Below, one piece after another: positions 63,201 to 64,000 of a DNA stretch of 64,000 nucleotides. The first letter of the stretch is position 1. Each line of letters opens with the position of its first letter. This stretch comes from a virus: positions 23,575 to 87,574 of the IMG/VR virus record IMGVR_UViG_3300046501_000460; one strand, 5' to 3'. A program made the translations under genes and the position numbers. A model generated the notes under the pieces. The model was not told where the DNA came from. It ran no database searches and saw nothing but the letters and a program-made list of their open reading frames with translations.

Positions 63201-64000
63201 CAAGCGAGCCGGCCAGGCCGCGTGCAAGGCTGTGGGCCTCGTTCATTGCGTGGCTGTGGTCAGTGACGGCAGCCGCCGAATTGCGTACAGCCGGCACTAG
63301 AGCCTCGTGCGCGGCGCGCAGGGCATTGATGTCGGCGCTGGCCGCCGCGCTGCCGAAGCGCGTGGCGGCGCCTTCCGGGCTGGAGCCGGGCTGTTGCAGA
63401 TACGTCTGCACCTCGCCGGCGCGGCGCAGCTGCGCCGCCGGGTTGGCGTTCAGGAAGCTGGCGTTCAGGCCGCGCTGACGCTCGGCAGCCTGCTCAGCCT
63501 CGACGGCCTCGCGCAGCTGCGCGGCGATGCGCCGGCCCGCGGAACGCACCTCGCTCTCGGACGGCAGACCCAGCAGCGTGCGCGCGTCGACCGTCGACGC
63601 GGAGCGTGCACGCAGATTCTCGGCCGTGACGGATTCGCGGATCTGCGCCGCGATCTGCTGGCCGGCAGCACGTGCCTCGGCCTGCGACGGCAAACCCAGC
63701 AGAGCACGAGGATCGACCGACGACGCGGAGCGTGCGCGCAGGTTCTCCTGCTCGACGGACGTGCGCATCTGGACCGCCAGCTGACTGGCGAAGCCGCGCA
63801 TGACGTTCTCCGACGGGAGGCCGAGCAGCGCGCGCGGGTCGACAACAGGTGCGGCCTTTTCGGCCTCCACACCGGCACGCAGCTGCGCGGCGATCTGGCG
63901 GCCAATCGACCGCGACGACTCCTCGCTCGGCAGGCCGAGGAGCGCGCGGGCGTCGATGGGCGAGGCCGACTTAACGCGCAGCGCGGCGTCGCGCGCGGCG
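57229..64000 (-). CDS. Tape measure protein (5' end beyond window) with two C-terminal DUF4214-like repeats
   Basis: >2250 aa, Ala-rich helical; TP901-type core (A..SNT.V..M.E..K, EET.A.LG.LA...G..AGT.L); frame open to 64000. Confidence 0.95.
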   Translation of the reverse strand, partial: AARDAALRVKSASPIDARALLGLPSEESSRSIGRQIAAQLRAGVEAEKAAPVVDPRALLGLPSENVMRGFASQLAVQMRTSVEQENLRARSASSVDPRALLGLPSQAEARAAGQQIAAQIRESVTAENLRARSASTVDARTLLGLPSESEVRSAGRRIAAQLREAVEAEQAAERQRGLNASFLNANPAAQLRRAGEVQTYLQQPGSSPEGAATRFGSAAASADINALRAAHEALVPAVRNSAAAVTDHSHAMNEAHSLARGLAGSLGGLWLTYGSLVPLAAGAAIAAALKNVVSVGAEVEHQLTNVLALTKSSVNLDQFLSVSDGSLRSLTEGANAMRMLAQNGLNAAQSLQVLPAILDLATVGEMSVGQAALAATGAASAFGLGFSEAGRIADIFAVTAANSNTSVLAMTESMKQASTVASLFKVSIEETAAMLGLLAKINVTGGAAGTSLTNMLTGLYEPTDKGKRALKDLGVETQTASGALKPLTQLLEELRGAMAGFTDSAKVDLLGSIFTVRGVKSAQLALDNIKDFKQKTEEAATATGFMAGVVRQLEDDTTGGFQRLGVVVQNSFVRSFQEASPFIQHIALTLGDAFKDGGTASNGLRNFSTNVARLTGVLVENLDVVTMLATGYVALRALGPTIEFIKAAVTASMALTSAQVAEAAAIGAVTTANLGLGASSAQVATAVAAQTAATEASTAATATWEAAILPVLGAVGIAVGVAAAAWLLFRDNTSEADRASEKLSNSLHVIHEALDREIEQLQKANKLWDERNNRYMPQGAPAPTDIDAARARVTELENQARAKNINPKELLNPTTHSTGINGITTSSIYGSERLAANYREAKATLAGLLEQQERAEKVRDPAAAAKRVQDAKAQLEANLEKFYSEGMQTNTAGDFYQKNAAARAISAKAADIAAQITDSSLKEVRPEDELKRVERLSVDLKQLQDQRNSMLQSRPEVNRDSARAAIEEMQEDLRLKQMQAKSQIDDLKSQNKRGELGDLQLINRELAIKLALDEKAIEVAQRQKSTAITEAQRQKYANAETTARQQIIDDKAAATRSTKDLFDRMSGEELQYRAKSLESQGQLQDSFNLEWEAKYSNVLDRLNLDIESADNGKYRDGLIRYRNFLEQMRVEGEKSAIFKMDMADLDKDLQILKTKLADIRNHAGPGVGGAIGAILDRKSLLESSLPQLQEDYAVAKDDAGDDPVKLKAAAAKLKEIQAEMTALRNVGIDIGNAIAQSLTDAFGKGGAALGGLITTAATYDARVQDIQKQLEESDGGADAKKKAADDMATAQINAYGNMAGAAKGFFDQNSKGYKILATTEKAYRAVELAMAAESFIKKTLFKAAEVTQTVAGDGLKMASGTTATAVDVANAGASGTAWGITAVARSIASLPFPANLAAGAATMAALVALGIKLTGGFNGGGQTQAEKEQQNATGTVLGDRDAKSESNAKSLDLVEKNTYNNLIVAQSMLASLRSIDSNIKGFVSQLLQNSEITDPDVHLNTNNGLGTTLASGGMSALGSLAYGDPVLGLASFAVNKIPVINSLVSKIGNAVFGGKQTVEASGFTMDRSTLGQVAAGGASAMSYADVKTSGGWFRSSSLDTKTAPLGAEANLQITRVITGMGDAITAAAGLLGVDGADFKDKLNGFVIDIGKIDLKGLSSADAQAKVAAVFSKLGDQMAQAAFGGLEQFQQAGEGYLQTLTRVANDYATIDAVFKSFGTTYAEVGTASIAAREQLIDMAGGLDKFTSQASWFFENMMSKAQQTAATSAAIQPTLAKYGLSTQGADAVQKFTDLTIAMGAMGSAGAQAYTELMGIAQAFKSVTDVATDLQDQIDDLLMSQAEKDAAARAKLDPVNQKLYDELVQARAVAQAKQDLLTAYQNESSAIQSTIDRLKSLSTSLRSFVNGLQIGNMSPLNPADQYGAARAQFETTLQKAQAGDTAAQGNLQSAAQAFLQASKTANASNSTYQSDYQRVVSTMTGMADTTDSQVKIAQTSLSVLHDQVSQLVKIDTGVTSVASAINNLAVIMAGGKDSGTNTVALSSLYKELLGRDPDQAGLDFWNTQLQNGVSFTDVIGAIKNSAEYADHIGKTPATTVVTPSTDAGTAIGNTNTTSVSSAISALYQNVLGRAADQAGLDYWVQQMQSGSTLSTIEQELKKSDEYKDHIKVGTASNSSASVAPAVTVDPYSAATAQTAEIVAQLATLNKQITTLRDEQQSQSDNQLAATMQAGTDMGADVTDAVKDAARAAAWTSQNKAALR
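63490..63960 (-). repeat. 38-42-aa repeats (VDPRALLGLPS...) in tape measure N-terminal region
   Basis: Four copies at 114-126 nt spacing. Confidence 0.85.

Larger units (their letters stand above)
1..64000. mobile_element. Segment of a tailed dsDNA bacteriophage genome (siphovirus-like)
   Basis: Dense operons of small ORFs, phage-type replication module, lysis cassette, tail and tape-measure genes; no host housekeeping loci. Confidence 0.97.

Noticed and set aside
1-64000. tRNA, rRNA or structured ncRNA genes
   Set aside because: Intergenic gaps are very short and no cloverleaf or T-loop signature was seen by eye; tRNAscan/Infernal were not run

Overview
The window is about 64 kb of a GC-rich tailed dsDNA phage genome. 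It is siphovirus-like, with a tape-measure gene over 6.7 kb that runs off the right edge; a Proteobacterial host is inferred from the Rz/Rz1 spanins, GH19 endolysin and sigma70-type promoters. There are four blocks. (1) 1-17.0 kb (+): about 50 translationally coupled small early genes, including a RadC/JAB protein, a DEDD exonuclease, a 680-aa YfaP/DUF2135-like protein with a partner, two HNH-type nucleases and a Cys-rich putative Fe-S protein. (2) 17.0-20.8 kb (-): an isolated, inverted seven-gene module of virion-fibre-like proteins. (3) 21.0-46.6 kb (+): DNA metabolism (RdgC, C5 methyltransferase, deaminase, SNF2-like helicase, primase-helicase, putative SSB, DnaQ exonuclease, MazG, DUF5664, PolA, ligase, ThyA, resolvase, SbcD/SbcC). 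(4) 46.6-64 kb (-): HNH, metallophosphoesterase, lysis cassette and tail genes. The most striking feature is the methyltransferase locus (22193-23560), which is dual-coded almost end to end. Its +1 frame encodes first a beta polypeptide carrying MTase motif IX, as in M.EcoHK31I, and then a complete HNH endonuclease overprinted on a ~140-codon in-frame insertion that leaves the MTase frame open. No tRNA, rRNA, CRISPR array, integrase, capsid or terminase genes were seen. All family calls come from motif recognition by eye, not database searches.
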